A stretch of DNA of 64,000 bases from Alphaproteobacteria bacterium (GTDB taxonomy: Bacteria; Pseudomonadota; Alphaproteobacteria; MPNO01): contig OZ219866.1 of NCBI GenBank assembly GCA_964291675.2, positions 256,001-320,000 on the forward strand, given 5' to 3'. Under the pieces are notes generated by a model. The model did no database searches. It saw nothing but the letters and a program-made list of their open reading frames with translations, and was not told the origin of the DNA. The position numbers and the translations under genes are program-made. This document shows positions 40,676 to 52,185 of the stretch, piece after piece. Position 1 is the first letter of the stretch. Every line of letters starts with the position of its first letter.

Positions 40676-41673
40676 CAGCCGCTCTCGCCCGGCTCGGGCT
40701 CATCGAGCAGGGTCGCGGCGTTGGCGAGGAACTGGCTGAGGAACTGGGCCAGCATCGACAGCGCGTAGACCAGCAGGAACCCGGCCATCAGGTACTTGAC
40801 GTACATGCCGTAGCCGCTCTGCGAGACCTCGAAGCTCAGCAGCGGCGCGTTGATCAGGTTGGACTTGTCGGCCAAGCCGCGGGTCAGGATCACCCAGCAG
40901 AGCGGCACGCCGAGCAGCGCCGCGCCGAGCGCGTTGGCCCACGCCTTGCCGCGCGCGCCGAACCCGGTGTAGAGCACGTCGACCCGGACATGGCCCTCGT
41001 GCAGCAGGGTGTAGGCGCTGGCGAACAGGAACAGGGCGGCGTACCAGAACCGGACCAGGTCGCCCATGAAGGCCTGCTCGTAGGAGAACACGAAGCGCGC
41101 GATGACGATCTGCAGCTCGGCCAGCACGATCAGGAAGGCGAGCCAGGTGAACCCGACCGACCGGGTGAGCGCGGCGATGACCAGGGCCACGCCGATCAGC
41201 GGGTAATGCACGAACTCGCCGCGGAATCGCGACCGGCCGAGGGACTCGGCGAGCTCGGCGCCGACCGCGCCGACCAGCAGGTCCTCGACGCGCAGGAACG
41301 AGATCGTCATGTCCACCAGCCCGACCAGCAACACCCCCCAGAAGGCGGCGCGCGCGATATAGGCGGCGGCGGCGGACAGTATCTCGGCGTCGCTCCGCAT
41401 CGGCCGGCCGCGCCACCAGGCATAGGCGAAGGGCGCCAGCACCGCCGCCGCATAGGCCGCGAGCTGGAGCCAGCCGAGCGCCGCCCCGGCGGCGTCGAGG
41501 CCGGACCCCTTCGGGGCATGGCCCAGCACGCCGAGATGGCCGAACAGCCCTTCCAGCCCGGGCCAGCCGCGCCAGAAGATGAGGTAGTTGCAGACGGTGA
41601 AGACGAAGGCGACCGCGGCGGTCGCGAGGGCGAGCCCGCGCAGCGCGGTCGCCGGCCAGCCGGCGGCGGTCAC
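40675..41673 (-). CDS. dctQ: TRAP small permease with N-terminal extension
   Basis: VIARFVF, LFLFASAYTLLHEGHVRVDVLY motif; 332 aa. Confidence 0.88.
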   Translation of the reverse strand: MTAAGWPATALRGLALATAAVAFVFTVCNYLIFWRGWPGLEGLFGHLGVLGHAPKGSGLDAAGAALGWLQLAAYAAAVLAPFAYAWWRGRPMRSDAEILSAAAAYIARAAFWGVLLVGLVDMTISFLRVEDLLVGAVGAELAESLGRSRFRGEFVHYPLIGVALVIAALTRSVGFTWLAFLIVLAELQIVIARFVFSYEQAFMGDLVRFWYAALFLFASAYTLLHEGHVRVDVLYTGFGARGKAWANALGAALLGVPLCWVILTRGLADKSNLINAPLLSFEVSQSGYGMYVKYLMAGFLLVYALSMLAQFLSQFLANAATLLDEPEPGESG

Positions 41674-41729
41674 CCGTGCGCCCCGCCGGCGGCCGGAGGG
41701 CCGAAATATCGCATACGTCTACGCCGCGT

Positions 41730-41760
41730 GGCGGACGGGCGGCGGTACCGCCCCTCCGCC
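41730..41760 (-). terminator. Stem-loop after the TRAP SBP gene
   Basis: GGCGGA.GGGCGG...CCGCCC.TCCGCC inverted repeat; no clear T-tract. Confidence 0.45.
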
Positions 41761-41774
41761 TTGCGACCTACGCG

Positions 41775-42869
41775 TCAGACACCGAGCACGCGGTTGCGCT
41801 GTGCGAGATAGGCCTGATCGGCGATCTTGGCCCATCCTCCGACATCCTTGCGCGTCTTGAGGAAGCTCTCGTGGATCCGGTTGGCCAGGTCGCTGTGCGC
41901 GCGTACCGTCTCGAACACCTCCGCGGAGCCCTCGCCGAAGCTGTCATAGACGTCGTCGTTGAACCGGCGCAGCTTGACGCCGTGATCGGTGAGCAGACGG
42001 GTAAGCGCAGCGCCGTTCTTGGCGTTGTACTCCGCCATCATGATGTCGTTCTCCGCCGCGGCGAGAGACTCGATGATGGTCTGGTCGGACTTGGAGAGCT
42101 TGCCCCACCAGGATGCGTTCATGCCGAACGAGAGCATCGTGCCGGGCTCGTGCATGCCCGGGTAGTAGTAGTACTTGGCGGCTTCGTAGAACTTGAGGAA
42201 GCTGTCGTTCCACGGCCCCACCCACTCGGTGGCATCGATCGCGCCGGACACCAGGTTCTCGTAGATCTGGGCCCCCGGCAACGAGACCGGCGAGGCCCCG
42301 AGCTTGGCCATGACGTCGCCGCCGAGCCCGGGAATACGCATCTTGAGGCCCTTGAGATCGTCCGACGAGTTGATCTCCTTGTTGAACCAGCCGCCCATCT
42401 GGACGCCGGTATTGCCGGCCGCGAGGCATTTGAGGCCGAACTTCCCGGCCAGCTCGTCCCACAGCTCCTGGCCGCCGCCGAAGCGGATCCAGGCGTTCAC
42501 CTCGGTATAGGTGAGACCGAAGGGCACGGAGGAGTAATACGCCCAGCCGGGATGCTTGCCTTTCCAGTAGTAATCGGCCGCGTGGTAGGCCTGGGCGTTG
42601 CCGGACGCGACCTCGTCGAAGGAATCGAACGCGCCCACCCGTTCGCCCGCGGCGAAGTATTGGACATGGATGCGGCCGTCGGTCGCGTCGTTGATGCGCT
42701 TGGCGAGGCGCTGCGCGCCGGTCCCGAGCCCCGGGAAGTCGCGCGGCCAGGTGGTGACCATGACCATCTCGATGCGCTTCTGCGCGATGGCGGGGGCGGC
42801 GAGGGTGGTCGCCGCGGCCGCGCCGGCGACGCCCGCGCCGGCCTTGGTAAGGAAATTGCGTCTCTTCAT
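41775..42869 (-). CDS. dctP: TRAP substrate-binding protein (TakP-like, Tat-exported)
   Basis: MKRRNFL twin-Arg signal, APAIAQ, YYWKGK, GNTGVQMGGWFNKEI, GLKMRIPG, EWVGP. Confidence 0.93.
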   Translation of the reverse strand: MKRRNFLTKAGAGVAGAAAATTLAAPAIAQKRIEMVMVTTWPRDFPGLGTGAQRLAKRINDATDGRIHVQYFAAGERVGAFDSFDEVASGNAQAYHAADYYWKGKHPGWAYYSSVPFGLTYTEVNAWIRFGGGQELWDELAGKFGLKCLAAGNTGVQMGGWFNKEINSSDDLKGLKMRIPGLGGDVMAKLGASPVSLPGAQIYENLVSGAIDATEWVGPWNDSFLKFYEAAKYYYYPGMHEPGTMLSFGMNASWWGKLSKSDQTIIESLAAAENDIMMAEYNAKNGAALTRLLTDHGVKLRRFNDDVYDSFGEGSAEVFETVRAHSDLANRIHESFLKTRKDVGGWAKIADQAYLAQRNRVLGV

Positions 42870-42952
42870 CGGGAGGCTCCCTGCTGGACAGATGTCGCCG
42901 ATTCTGTAGCAGATTCGCCGCCGCGGCTCAATTTCCGCGGCCGGGAGACATC

Positions 42953-45193
42953 CTACATCTCGTCCAGCGAGAACCGGTTGGAGCGCGGAAAGCCCCGGGG
43001 CACAACGCGGCCCGCCTGGCCGCGCTTTCCGGTCCACGGCTGGAGCGCGGTCTCGCGCCGCGTCCGCTGGCCGGAACGCCAGGCGAGGCCCCGGGCGCGG
43101 TCGAACACGGCGATGTCGGAGAGCCCGCCCTCGGCATAGCGCTGCATGATCACGCCGCGCCCGCGGGTCATCTCGGGCAGCTCGGAAAGCAGGAATATCA
43201 GCAGCTTGCGGTTGCTTCCGACCGCCGCCACGCTGTCTCCGGCGGCGCGGGCGCAGGCCTGCGCCTCGGCCCCGGGGGCGAGGTTGAGCACCTGCTTGCC
43301 GGCGCGGGTCTGCGCCGCGACGGCGTCTTCCGGCACCACGAACCCCCGACCGTCCGACGCGGCGACGACCAGCTTCGCGCCGGGCTCATGCACCAGCAGC
43401 CGGACGATGTCCTGGTCGTTGCCGAGCTCGACCATGAGGCGGATCGGCTCGCCATGCCCGCGCCCGTTGGGCAGGCGGTCGCAGGGGATGGTGTAGAAGC
43501 GCCCGTTGGTGCCGAAGGCGAGCAGCCGGTCGGTGCTGTGGGCGTGCAGCACGAAGCGGCCGCGGTCGCCGTCCTTGAACTTGAGCCCGGCGGGGTCCTC
43601 CTGGTGGCCGCGCACGGCGCGGATCCAGCCCTTCTGCGAGCAGATCACGGTAATCGGCTCGCGCTCGACCGCCGCGTCGTCCGCCGCCTCGTCGAGGATC
43701 GGCGCATCGGCGATCCGGGTGCGCCGCGCGCCGCCGTCGCCGTCCGCGCCGAAGCGGGCCCTGACATCGCGGATCTCGCCTGCGATGCGCTCCCAGCGCA
43801 GCGATTCCGTCTTCAGCAGGCGCTTCAGCTCCCTCTGCTCGGATGTGAGGGATTTGTGCTCGTTTGCGATCTCCGCTTCCTCGAGCCGGCGCAGCGCGCG
43901 CAGGCGCATGTTGAGGATCGCCTCGGCCTGGACCTCGCTCATCTCCCAGCGCGCCATCATCGCCGCTTTGGGGTCGTCGTCCTCGCGGACGATGCGGATG
44001 ATCTCGTCGAGATTGGCGAACGCGATCAGGTAGCCCGCGAGCACTTCGAGGCGGGCGGCGATCCTGTCCAGGCGGTGACGGGTGCGCCGGCAGAGAATGT
44101 CGTGGCGGTGGTCGAGGAAGGCCCGCAGCATCTGCCGCAGGTTCATCACCACCGGCACCCGGCCGCCGTCGAGCACGTTCATGTTCACCGAGACCCGGGT
44201 CTCGAGCTCGGTCAGGCGGAAAAGCTGGGCCATCATCGCCGCCGGATCGACGGTGCGCGTGCGCGGCTCGAGGACGAGGCGCAAATCTTCCGCCGACTCG
44301 TCGCGCACATCGACCAGCGAGGGCAGCTTGCGCTCGACGATCAGCCCGGCGATCCGTTCGATCAGCCGCGCCTTCTGGGTCTGGTAGGGGATTTCGGTCA
44401 CCACCACCTGGTACTGGCCGTGGCTCAGCTTCTCGACCTCCCAGCGCGCGCGCAGGCGCAGGCTGCCCCGCCCGGTGGCGTAGGCCTCCTCGATCGCCGG
44501 GCGCGGCTCGGCGAGAACCCCGCCGGTCGGAAAGTCCGGCCCCGGCACCAGCTCGACCAGCGCCGCGACGGACGCGTCGGGATTGTCGATCAGATGGAGC
44601 GCCGCGTCGCACACCTCGCCCAGATTGTGCGGCGGAATGCTGGTCGCCATGCCGACGGCGATGCCGCTCGCCCCGTTGCACAAGAGGTTGGGAACCGCAC
44701 CCGGCAGCACCGCCGGCTCGTCGTCGGTGCCGTCGTAGTTGGCGCGGAAATCGACCGCGTCCTCGTCGATCCCCTCCAGCAGGGCGAGCGCGTAGCGCGT
44801 CAGCCGCGCCTCGGTGTAGCGCATCGCCGCCGCCCCGTCGCCGTCGATATTGCCGAAATTCCCCTGCCCCTCGACCATCGGGTAGCGCACCGCGAAATCC
44901 TGCGCCATGCGGACCATCGCGTCGTAGATCGCCTGGTCGCCATGCGGGTGGAACTTGCCCATCACGTCGCCGACCACCCGGGCGCATTTCTTGAAACCGG
45001 CATCGGGGTCGAGCCTGAGCTGGCGCATCGCGAACAGGAGCCGGCGATGCACCGGCTTGAGCCCGTCGCGCACATCGGGCAGCGACCGCGCGGTGATGGT
45101 CGACAGCGCGTAGGCGAGATAGCGCTCGCCCAGCGCCTCGGCCAGCGGGATCTCGCGGGTCGCGGAATCGAACAGATCGGCTTGGTCGGTCAT
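42953..45193 (-). CDS. parC: DNA topoisomerase IV subunit A
   Basis: [30 protein letters not shown] catalytic Tyr, short CTD without a GyrA box. Confidence 0.96.
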   Translation of the reverse strand: MTDQADLFDSATREIPLAEALGERYLAYALSTITARSLPDVRDGLKPVHRRLLFAMRQLRLDPDAGFKKCARVVGDVMGKFHPHGDQAIYDAMVRMAQDFAVRYPMVEGQGNFGNIDGDGAAAMRYTEARLTRYALALLEGIDEDAVDFRANYDGTDDEPAVLPGAVPNLLCNGASGIAVGMATSIPPHNLGEVCDAALHLIDNPDASVAALVELVPGPDFPTGGVLAEPRPAIEEAYATGRGSLRLRARWEVEKLSHGQYQVVVTEIPYQTQKARLIERIAGLIVERKLPSLVDVRDESAEDLRLVLEPRTRTVDPAAMMAQLFRLTELETRVSVNMNVLDGGRVPVVMNLRQMLRAFLDHRHDILCRRTRHRLDRIAARLEVLAGYLIAFANLDEIIRIVREDDDPKAAMMARWEMSEVQAEAILNMRLRALRRLEEAEIANEHKSLTSEQRELKRLLKTESLRWERIAGEIRDVRARFGADGDGGARRTRIADAPILDEAADDAAVEREPITVICSQKGWIRAVRGHQEDPAGLKFKDGDRGRFVLHAHSTDRLLAFGTNGRFYTIPCDRLPNGRGHGEPIRLMVELGNDQDIVRLLVHEPGAKLVVAASDGRGFVVPEDAVAAQTRAGKQVLNLAPGAEAQACARAAGDSVAAVGSNRKLLIFLLSELPEMTRGRGVIMQRYAEGGLSDIAVFDRARGLAWRSGQRTRRETALQPWTGKRGQAGRVVPRGFPRSNRFSLDEM

Positions 45194-45924
45194 CGGGTCC
45201 CGGCGGTACGTCGAACCATGGCGTCGTGCAGCCGCGCCCGCGCCGGCGGCATCTTGCGCTCGGCGGGCGCGAGCGCCTGGCGGGCGAGGAAATGGCCGGT
45301 CAGCCGGAGCGCGGCGGCCACCGACCCAGCATCGGCCGACTCACCGCGGTCGATCAAGAACGGCGGCAGGGCGAGCAGGCGATTCTCGTAAGCCCCGGCG
45401 GCGGCGCGGGAGACCGCGCGTCCGGTGCGCGGCGAGACGAAGGCGAGATCCTCGGTCGCCCCGGTGACGGCGCAGCTCGCGAGGTCGAGCCCGAAACCGA
45501 GCGCGGCAAGCAGGGCGACCTCGAACCGCGCATAGGCCGCCGCCCATCCGGCGGTGCCGAGCCCGTCGAGCAGCGCCACGAAGGCCTCGAACACCGGGCG
45601 GTTGGGTTCGCGCTCCGGCAGCGTCGCCTCGACCAGCGCCGCCGCCGCGCCGAGCCCGGCAAGCGGTCCCCCGGCGTCGAGCAGCTCGGCCGCATGCGCC
45701 CGCAGGAGCTCGCCCCGATAGTTGCCCAGGTGATCGGCAAGCCTCGCCCGCCAGGTCGCGGCGACGCGGTTGCCGATCTGGTAGGTCGCGCGCGCGGCGC
45801 GGCCGGTGCCGCCCCGCACCAGCCCGGCATGCAGGCCGTGGCTCTCGGTCAGCAGCTTGACCACCAGCGAGCTCTCCCCGTGCTTGAAGCGGGCGATAAC
45901 GATGCCGTGGTCGTGCCAATCCAT
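45190..45924 (-). CDS. recO: DNA repair protein RecO
   Basis: W.D.GIV...HGESS, WRARL.DHLG, LGFGLDL..CAVTG, VSPRTGRAVS; era-recO synteny. Confidence 0.95.
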   Translation of the reverse strand: MDWHDHGIVIARFKHGESSLVVKLLTESHGLHAGLVRGGTGRAARATYQIGNRVAATWRARLADHLGNYRGELLRAHAAELLDAGGPLAGLGAAAALVEATLPEREPNRPVFEAFVALLDGLGTAGWAAAYARFEVALLAALGFGLDLASCAVTGATEDLAFVSPRTGRAVSRAAAGAYENRLLALPPFLIDRGESADAGSVAAALRLTGHFLARQALAPAERKMPPARARLHDAMVRRTAGTR

Positions 45925-45935
45925 CGCCGTCCCCG

Positions 45936-46850
45936 TCAGGCGTTGAAATCGAGCCCCCAGGGCGAGAAACGCTCGGGGTCGTCGCCCCATTTCTGACGCA
46001 CCTTGACGAAGATGAACAGGTGCACGCGGCGCTCCAGCATCGCCTCCAGCTCGGCCGCGGACTGCTCGCGCACCGACTTGATGCGCGCGCCCTGGCGTCC
46101 GAGGACGATCCCCTTCTGGCTGTCGCGCTCGACGAACACCGTCTGCCCGATGCGGACGCTGCCGTCGTCGAAGGACTGCCAGTCGTCGGTCTCCACGGTC
46201 AGCGCGTAGGGCAGCTCCTGATGCAGCCGCTCGAACAGCTTCTCGCGGGTGATCTCGGCGGCGAACAGCCGGTCGTTCATGTCGGAGAGCTGGTCCTCCG
46301 GGTAGAGCCAGGGCCCGGCGGGCACCGCCCGGGCGAGATGGCGCGCGAGATCGCCCACCCCGTCCCCCGTGGTCGCCGAGATCATGAAGGTCGCCTCGAA
46401 CGCGCACGCCGCGTTGGCCTCGCGCGACAGCGCCAGCATGGCCTCGCGCCGCACCAGATCGATCTTGTTGAGCGCCAGCACGCGCTGCGCCCGCGCCCCG
46501 GCGAGGGCGGCGAGGATGTGCCCCGCCTCGTCGTCGAGCCCCTTTCTCGCGTCGATCAGCAGCAGGCGGATATCGGCGTCGGCGGCGCCGGTCCAGGCGG
46601 CGGCGACCATCGCCCGGTCGAGCCGGCGCCGGGGCGCGAAGATGCCCGGCGTGTCGACATAGACGAGCTGCGATTCCCCGCAGACGGCAACGCCGCTGAC
46701 CCGGTGGCGGGTGGTCTGCGCCTTGGCGGTGACGATCGACACCTTGGCGCCCACCAGGCGGTTGGTCAGCGTCGACTTGCCGGCATTGGGCGCGCCGATC
46801 ACCGCGACGAAGCCGCAGCGCCTCGCGCCTTCGGGATCGGCGTCAGCCAC
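45936..46850 (-). CDS. era: GTPase Era
   Basis: GAPNAGKST, QTTR, DTPG, NKID, KH domain. Confidence 0.97.
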   Translation of the reverse strand: MADADPEGARRCGFVAVIGAPNAGKSTLTNRLVGAKVSIVTAKAQTTRHRVSGVAVCGESQLVYVDTPGIFAPRRRLDRAMVAAAWTGAADADIRLLLIDARKGLDDEAGHILAALAGARAQRVLALNKIDLVRREAMLALSREANAACAFEATFMISATTGDGVGDLARHLARAVPAGPWLYPEDQLSDMNDRLFAAEITREKLFERLHQELPYALTVETDDWQSFDDGSVRIGQTVFVERDSQKGIVLGRQGARIKSVREQSAAELEAMLERRVHLFIFVKVRQKWGDDPERFSPWGLDFNA

Positions 46851-47520
46851 CGGGAGCGGCCGCGATGTCGAGCAGGTCGCGGGCGGCGGCCTGCTCGGCG
46901 GCGCGCTTGGAGCCCGCGCTCGCGCGCACCGGCTCCAAGCCCTCGACGCGGGCCTCGACGGTGAGCACCGGCGCGTGCGGCGGGCCGTCGGTCGCCACCA
47001 GCGCGTATTCCGGCAGCGGCAGCGCGCGCGCCTGCGCCCATTCCTGCAAGGCGGTCTTGGGGTCGGGCGGCGGCCGGTCGCCGATCATGGAGCCCCAGAA
47101 TCTGGCCACCACCGCCATCGCCGCATCGTGCCCGCCGTCGCGGTATACCGCCCCGATGAGCGCCTCGCAGCTATCCTCGATCACCGACGGCGGCAGGGAG
47201 TCGCGGTCGAAACCCCGGTCGATGCGGATACGCCGGTGCAGCCCGATCCCGCGGCCGATCGCGGCCAGGGTGGCGCCGCTGGCGAGTCTCGCGTGGCGTC
47301 GCGCGAGGTCGCCGGGAGCTTCGTCGGGATGCGCCTCGGCGAGCAGCGCCGCGAGCCCGAGTCCGAGCACCCGGTCGCCGAGGAATTCGAGCCTTTCGAG
47401 CGACGGGCGGCTTGCCCCGGCGGCGCTTGCGTGGGTCAGCGCCTCCTCGAGCAGCGCGCGGTCGGCGAAGCGATGGCCGAGCGCGGCCTCGATGTCCTGC
47501 AATGCGTCCTCGCCGGACAA
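46843..47520 (-). CDS. rnc: Ribonuclease III
   Basis: ALTH.S, ERLEFLGD signature, dsRBD DPKTALQEW; TTG start inferred. Confidence 0.95.
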   Translation of the reverse strand: MSGEDALQDIEAALGHRFADRALLEEALTHASAAGASRPSLERLEFLGDRVLGLGLAALLAEAHPDEAPGDLARRHARLASGATLAAIGRGIGLHRRIRIDRGFDRDSLPPSVIEDSCEALIGAVYRDGGHDAAMAVVARFWGSMIGDRPPPDPKTALQEWAQARALPLPEYALVATDGPPHAPVLTVEARVEGLEPVRASAGSKRAAEQAAARDLLDIAAAPGG

Positions 47521-47522
47521 GT

Positions 47523-48266
47523 CTATTCCACGGCGTCGAAGAAGCGTTTGAACCGGATCGTGCTCGGCCAGCGCCAGAATTCCCACACGCTGGCCGAGCC
47601 GTCGATCGAGAAGAACAGGATCTCGGCGCGGCCGACGAGGTTCTCGGCCGGCACGAAGCCGACGCCGCTCAGCACCCGGCTGTCCAGCGAGTTGTCCCGG
47701 TTGTCGCCCATCGCGAAATAGTGTCCCCTCGGCACGACATAGACCGGCGTGTTGTCGAGTTGACCCCGGTCGGTGTGTTCGAGGATGCGATAGGTCCGGC
47801 CGTTCGGCAGGATCTCGTCGAACTGCGCGGTCCGGTGCAGCCGGCCGTGCCCGTCTATCTCGATGAAGTCGACCACCCGGCGGCGCGCGACCTGCTCTCC
47901 GTTGATGTGGAGCCGGCCGCCGCGCACCTGGATGCGGTCGCCCGGCAGGCCGACGATGCGCTTGATGTAGTCGGTCTTGTCGTCGGTCGGCAGCTTGAAC
48001 ACCGCGATGTCGCCGCGCTCGGGCTCCGACATCAGGATGCGCCCGGGGATCAGGGGCAGGCTGAGCGGCAGGGAATGCCGGCTGTAGCCGTAGGAATACT
48101 TGGAGACGAACAGGTAGTCGCCGACCAGCAGCGTCGGCTTCATCGAGCCGGAGGGGATGTTGAACGGCTCGAAGGCGACGGTGCGGATGGCGAGCGCGAT
48201 CAGCACCGCATAGACGACGGTCTTGACCGTTTCCCACAGCCTGCCCGCCCTGCGCGTCGCCATCAT
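47523..48266 (-). CDS. lepB: Signal peptidase I
   Basis: [33 protein letters not shown]. Confidence 0.97.
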   Translation of the reverse strand: MMATRRAGRLWETVKTVVYAVLIALAIRTVAFEPFNIPSGSMKPTLLVGDYLFVSKYSYGYSRHSLPLSLPLIPGRILMSEPERGDIAVFKLPTDDKTDYIKRIVGLPGDRIQVRGGRLHINGEQVARRRVVDFIEIDGHGRLHRTAQFDEILPNGRTYRILEHTDRGQLDNTPVYVVPRGHYFAMGDNRDNSLDSRVLSGVGFVPAENLVGRAEILFFSIDGSASVWEFWRWPSTIRFKRFFDAVE

Positions 48267-48676
48267 CGCGGCCCGTCCCCGTCGCGGATGGCGGAAATCA
48301 CCACCATGGCGTGCGCCAGCGGCGGCTCGTCGGTCATCGTGAGCTCGACCGTCGCGGTCATCCCGTCGGGGGTGAGCGCGAGCAGCCGGTCGGCGGCGCC
48401 CCCGGTCAGGGCCATCGAGGGCTTGCCGCCCGGCAGGTTGACGACGCCGAGATCGCGCCAGTAGACGCCGCGGCGAAAGCCGGTCCCGAGCGCCTTGGCG
48501 CAGGCTTCCTTGGCGGCGAAGCGCTTGGCGTAGCTCGCCGCCCGGCCGGCGCGGCGTTCCGAACGGCGGCGCTCGGTCTCGGTGAACACGCGTGCCAGAA
48601 AGCGGTCGCCGAAGCGCTCCAGCGTCCGCTCGATGCGCCGGATGTCGATCAGATCGGTGCCGATGCCGATGATCAC
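48263..48676 (-). CDS. acpS: Holo-ACP synthase
   Basis: IIGIGTD, RFAAKEA..KALGTG, GKP. Confidence 0.96.
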   Translation of the reverse strand: MIIGIGTDLIDIRRIERTLERFGDRFLARVFTETERRRSERRAGRAASYAKRFAAKEACAKALGTGFRRGVYWRDLGVVNLPGGKPSMALTGGAADRLLALTPDGMTATVELTMTDEPPLAHAMVVISAIRDGDGPR

Positions 48677-49428
48677 GCCGGCGTGCTCGCGCGCCCGCCC
48701 CGCCGCGCCGCGTCCATCAGCTCCCGCATGCGCCGGATGGCCCGGTCGATCCCGTCGAAGATCGCCTCGCCGATCAGGAAGTGACCGATATTGAGCTCGG
48801 CGAGCGTCGGGATGCGGGCGATCGGCCCGACCGAATCGAAGGCGATGCCGTGCCCGGCATGGCATTCGAGCCCGAGCGCGGCGGCGGCTTCGGCGGCCGC
48901 TTCGAGGCGCGCGAGCTGGGCCGGGGCGTCGCCGGCGCCGGCCTCGCAATAGGCGCCGGTGTGCAGCTCGACCACCGGCGCGCCGATCGCCGCGGCCGCC
49001 TCGATCTGCCTTGCCTCGGGCTCGATGAACAGCGAGACCCTGATGCCCCTGGCGGTGAGGGAGTCGACGAAGCGGACCAGGCGGTCGCGCCCGCCGGCCA
49101 CGTCGAGCCCGCCCTCGGTGGTGCGCTCCTGGCGCCGCTCGGGCACGATGCAGGCGGCGTGCGGGCGGTGGCGCAGCGCGATCCCCAGCATCTCGTCGGT
49201 CGCCGCCATCTCCAGGTTGAGCGGCAGCTCGATATCGGCGATCAGCCGCTCGATGTCGCCATCCGTCATGTGCCGGCGGTCTTCGCGGAGATGCGCGGTG
49301 ATGCCGTCGGCGCCGGAGGAAGCGGCGAGGCGGGCGGCGCGCACCGGGTCCGGGTGGCGCCCGCCGCGGGCGTTGCGGATGGTCGCCACGTGGTCGATGT
49401 TCACTCCCAGTCGAAGATGTTCGGGCAT
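48673..49428 (-). CDS. pdxJ: Pyridoxine 5'-phosphate synthase
   Basis: [44 protein letters not shown]. Confidence 0.98.
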   Translation of the reverse strand: MPEHLRLGVNIDHVATIRNARGGRHPDPVRAARLAASSGADGITAHLREDRRHMTDGDIERLIADIELPLNLEMAATDEMLGIALRHRPHAACIVPERRQERTTEGGLDVAGGRDRLVRFVDSLTARGIRVSLFIEPEARQIEAAAAIGAPVVELHTGAYCEAGAGDAPAQLARLEAAAEAAAALGLECHAGHGIAFDSVGPIARIPTLAELNIGHFLIGEAIFDGIDRAIRRMRELMDAARRGGRASTPA

Positions 49429-49444
49429 CGCGGTCCGGCCGGCT

Positions 49445-51628
49445 TCAGTACAGGCTGCGCGCGCGCTCGACCGAGGTGACCGAGGGGGTCGCCCTGAGCG
49501 CGGCGATGATGTCGGTCAGGTGGCCGGTATCGGTGACCTCGATGTCGAGCACCATCTCGAAGAATTCGGGGGTGCGGTTGGTGAACCTCAGATTGTTGAT
49601 GTTGCCGAGGTGGTTGCCGATCATCGTCGTCAGATTGCCCAGCGTCCCGGGTTCGTTCGAGACGACGATGGTGATGCGCCCGATATGGGAATCGGCGCCC
49701 AGCGTATCCAAATCCCAGGCCACGTCGAGCCATCTCTCGGGCGTCGCCTGGAAGCTCTCCAGGCTCTCGCAATCCACGGTGTGGATCGACACCCCCTTGC
49801 CCGCCGTGACGATGCCGACGATGCGGTCGCCGGGCAGCGGGTGGCAGCAATTGCCGTAATGCACCGCCATGCCGGGGATCAGGCCGCGGATCGGCACGGC
49901 GACGGTATCGCCCGCCCCGGGCGCGCTCTTCCGGCGCTCGAAGGGCACCACGTTGCCGGCCGGCTTCGCCGCGTCCCCGCCCTTGGCGACCCGGCGGCCG
50001 CGCCGCGTCCGCGGCGCGATCGCCGCGATCACGTCGGCGGCGGTGATCAGCCCCTCGCCCACCGCGGCGTAGAGATCGTCCGCGGTCTTCACGTCGAACT
50101 TGCCGAGCACCCGCTTGATCACCGCGGCGGACGGCTTGTAGCCGGCATCGCGGTAGCCGGTCTGCAGGATCGCCTTGCCGAGCCTGAGGAACTCTTCGCG
50201 GCGTTCGCTGCGCACGAAGCGCCGGATGCGGGCGCGCGCCTTGCCGGTGACCACGATGTCCTCCCAGGCCGGCGTCGGCGTGCCGGTCTCGGAGGTGACG
50301 ATCTCGACCTGGTCGCCGTTGTTGAGCTGGGTCCTGAGCGGCATCATGCGGCCGTTGATGCGCGCGCCGACGCAGCGGTCGCCGACCTCGGAATGCACGG
50401 CGTAGGCGAAATCGACCGGCGTCGCGCCGCGCGGCAGGGCGATCAGCTCGCCCGCCGGGGTGAAGCAGAACACCTGGTCCTGGTACATCTCGAGCTTGGT
50501 GTGCTCGAGGAACTCCTCCGGCCCGGAGGCCTGTTCCAGGATGTCGAGCAGATGGCGCAGCCAGCGATATTGCCGCCCGTCGGTGCTCGCCTCGTCCTGC
50601 TTGTAGCGCCAGTGCGCGGCGACGCCGTATTCGGCGACCCGGTGCATCTCGCCGGTGCGGATCTGGATCTCGATGCGGCGGCTCTCGGGTCCGATGACGC
50701 AGGTATGGAGCGACTGGTAGCCGTTCATCTTGGGCGTCGAGATGTAGTCGTTGAACTGGTCGGGCACCACGGCGTAGGCGGTGTGGATGATGCCGAGCGC
50801 GCGGTAGCACTCCTCGACCGAGGCGACCACGACGCGGAACGCCATGACGTCGGAGAGCTGGTCGAAGTCGACGTTCTTGCGCTGCATCTTGCGCCACACC
50901 GAATAGGCGCGCTTGATGCGCCCGGACACCTCGGCGTCCAGCCCGCCATCCGACAGCACCGCGCCGACCCGCTCGACGATATGGGGGATCGACTCGCCCG
51001 ATTTCTGGCGCAGATAGCCGAGCCGGTTCTCGATCGACGACGCGGCGTCGGGGTAGAGATGGGCGAAGGCGAGCTCGGCGAGCTCGTCCTTGATCTCCTG
51101 CATGCCGATCCGCTCGGCGAGCGGCGCGTAGATCTCCATGGTCTCGGCGGCGATCCGCCGGCGCTTGGCCCGGGCGGGCACGTGCTGCAGCGTGCGCATG
51201 TTGTGCAGCCGGTCGGCGAGCTTGATCAGCAGCACGCGGATGTCCTGCGAGCTGGCGAGCAGCAGCTTGCGGAAGTTCTCGGCCTGCTGCGTGTCGTCCG
51301 ACTGGAGCTCCAGCAGCGACAGCTTGGTCACCCCGTCGACCAGCCGGGCGATCTCGCCGCCGAAACGGGACTCGATCTCGGGCAGGGTGGCGACGGTGTC
51401 CTCCACGGTGTCGTGCAGCAGCCCGGTGACGATCGAGGCGCAGTCCAGCTTGAGCTCCGACAGGATGCCGGCGACCTCGACGGGATGGGAGAAATAGGGA
51501 TCGCCGGACAGCCGGGTCTGGCTGCCATGCGCCTTCATCGAGAACACATAGGCGCGGTTCAGCGCGTCCTCGTCCGCCGACGGGTCGTAGGCCTTGACCC
51601 GCTCGACGAGCTCATATTGCCGGATCAT
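49445..51628 (-). CDS. spoT: Bifunctional (p)ppGpp synthetase/hydrolase (Rel/RSH)
   Basis: HD motif LLHDTVED, KLADRLHNMRT, GYQSLHT, EIQIRT, TGS, CC and ACT domains. Confidence 0.96.
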   Translation of the reverse strand: MIRQYELVERVKAYDPSADEDALNRAYVFSMKAHGSQTRLSGDPYFSHPVEVAGILSELKLDCASIVTGLLHDTVEDTVATLPEIESRFGGEIARLVDGVTKLSLLELQSDDTQQAENFRKLLLASSQDIRVLLIKLADRLHNMRTLQHVPARAKRRRIAAETMEIYAPLAERIGMQEIKDELAELAFAHLYPDAASSIENRLGYLRQKSGESIPHIVERVGAVLSDGGLDAEVSGRIKRAYSVWRKMQRKNVDFDQLSDVMAFRVVVASVEECYRALGIIHTAYAVVPDQFNDYISTPKMNGYQSLHTCVIGPESRRIEIQIRTGEMHRVAEYGVAAHWRYKQDEASTDGRQYRWLRHLLDILEQASGPEEFLEHTKLEMYQDQVFCFTPAGELIALPRGATPVDFAYAVHSEVGDRCVGARINGRMMPLRTQLNNGDQVEIVTSETGTPTPAWEDIVVTGKARARIRRFVRSERREEFLRLGKAILQTGYRDAGYKPSAAVIKRVLGKFDVKTADDLYAAVGEGLITAADVIAAIAPRTRRGRRVAKGGDAAKPAGNVVPFERRKSAPGAGDTVAVPIRGLIPGMAVHYGNCCHPLPGDRIVGIVTAGKGVSIHTVDCESLESFQATPERWLDVAWDLDTLGADSHIGRITIVVSNEPGTLGNLTTMIGNHLGNINNLRFTNRTPEFFEMVLDIEVTDTGHLTDIIAALRATPSVTSVERARSLY

Positions 51629-51712
51629 CGGGCCGATCCATCGCCGTCCGCCGCCGCTCCGCCACCGTCGCGCCCGCCACGCCCTGCGGCGGAAGCCCGG
51701 GCGCGGCGGAGG

Positions 51713-52150
51713 TCAGATGTCGTCCGGCGCCGGGCCGTCGTCCTCGTCCATCGCCTCGGCCTCCGAGATGTCCTGGAAGGCGACCATCTGGGGCCCGGCA
51801 TCGCCGCTCTCGGCCGCCGCCGGCGCCGCCGCGTCGGCGCGGTGGAAGCCCATCCGGACGAAATCGCCGAACGCCTCCTCGGCCGCGAGGAAGGCATCGC
51901 TCTCGTCGACCTGCTCCTCGACATCGACGTATTTCTGCAGGCTGCGGACCAGCGCGGACTCGATCTCCTCGGTATCGACGGTCTCGTCGGCGATCTCGCG
52001 CAGCGCCACCACCGGGTTCTTGTCGTTGTCCCGGTCGACGGTCAGCTCGGCGCCGATCGACAGCTCGCGCGAACGCTGCGCGGCCACCATGACCAGCTGG
52101 AAGCGGTTGGGAATCTTTAGGATACAGTCTTCTACGGTAACCCGCGCCAT
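51713..52150 (-). CDS. rpoZ: RNA polymerase omega subunit
   Basis: MARVTVEDC...[22 protein letters not shown], acidic tail. Confidence 0.97.
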   Translation of the reverse strand: MARVTVEDCILKIPNRFQLVMVAAQRSRELSIGAELTVDRDNDKNPVVALREIADETVDTEEIESALVRSLQKYVDVEEQVDESDAFLAAEEAFGDFVRMGFHRADAAAPAAAESGDAGPQMVAFQDISEAEAMDEDDGPAPDDI

Positions 52151-52185
52151 CGCTGCTTCGCTCTCCAAAATCGGTTGTCGCGGAA

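Noticed and set aside
48959-52120. Long antisense ORFs (1053 aa here; also 23631-26303, 32382-34856, 37742-40222, 60125-62188)
   Set aside because: They mirror well-supported genes on the opposite strand, have no motifs, and are expected from high-GC codon bias.
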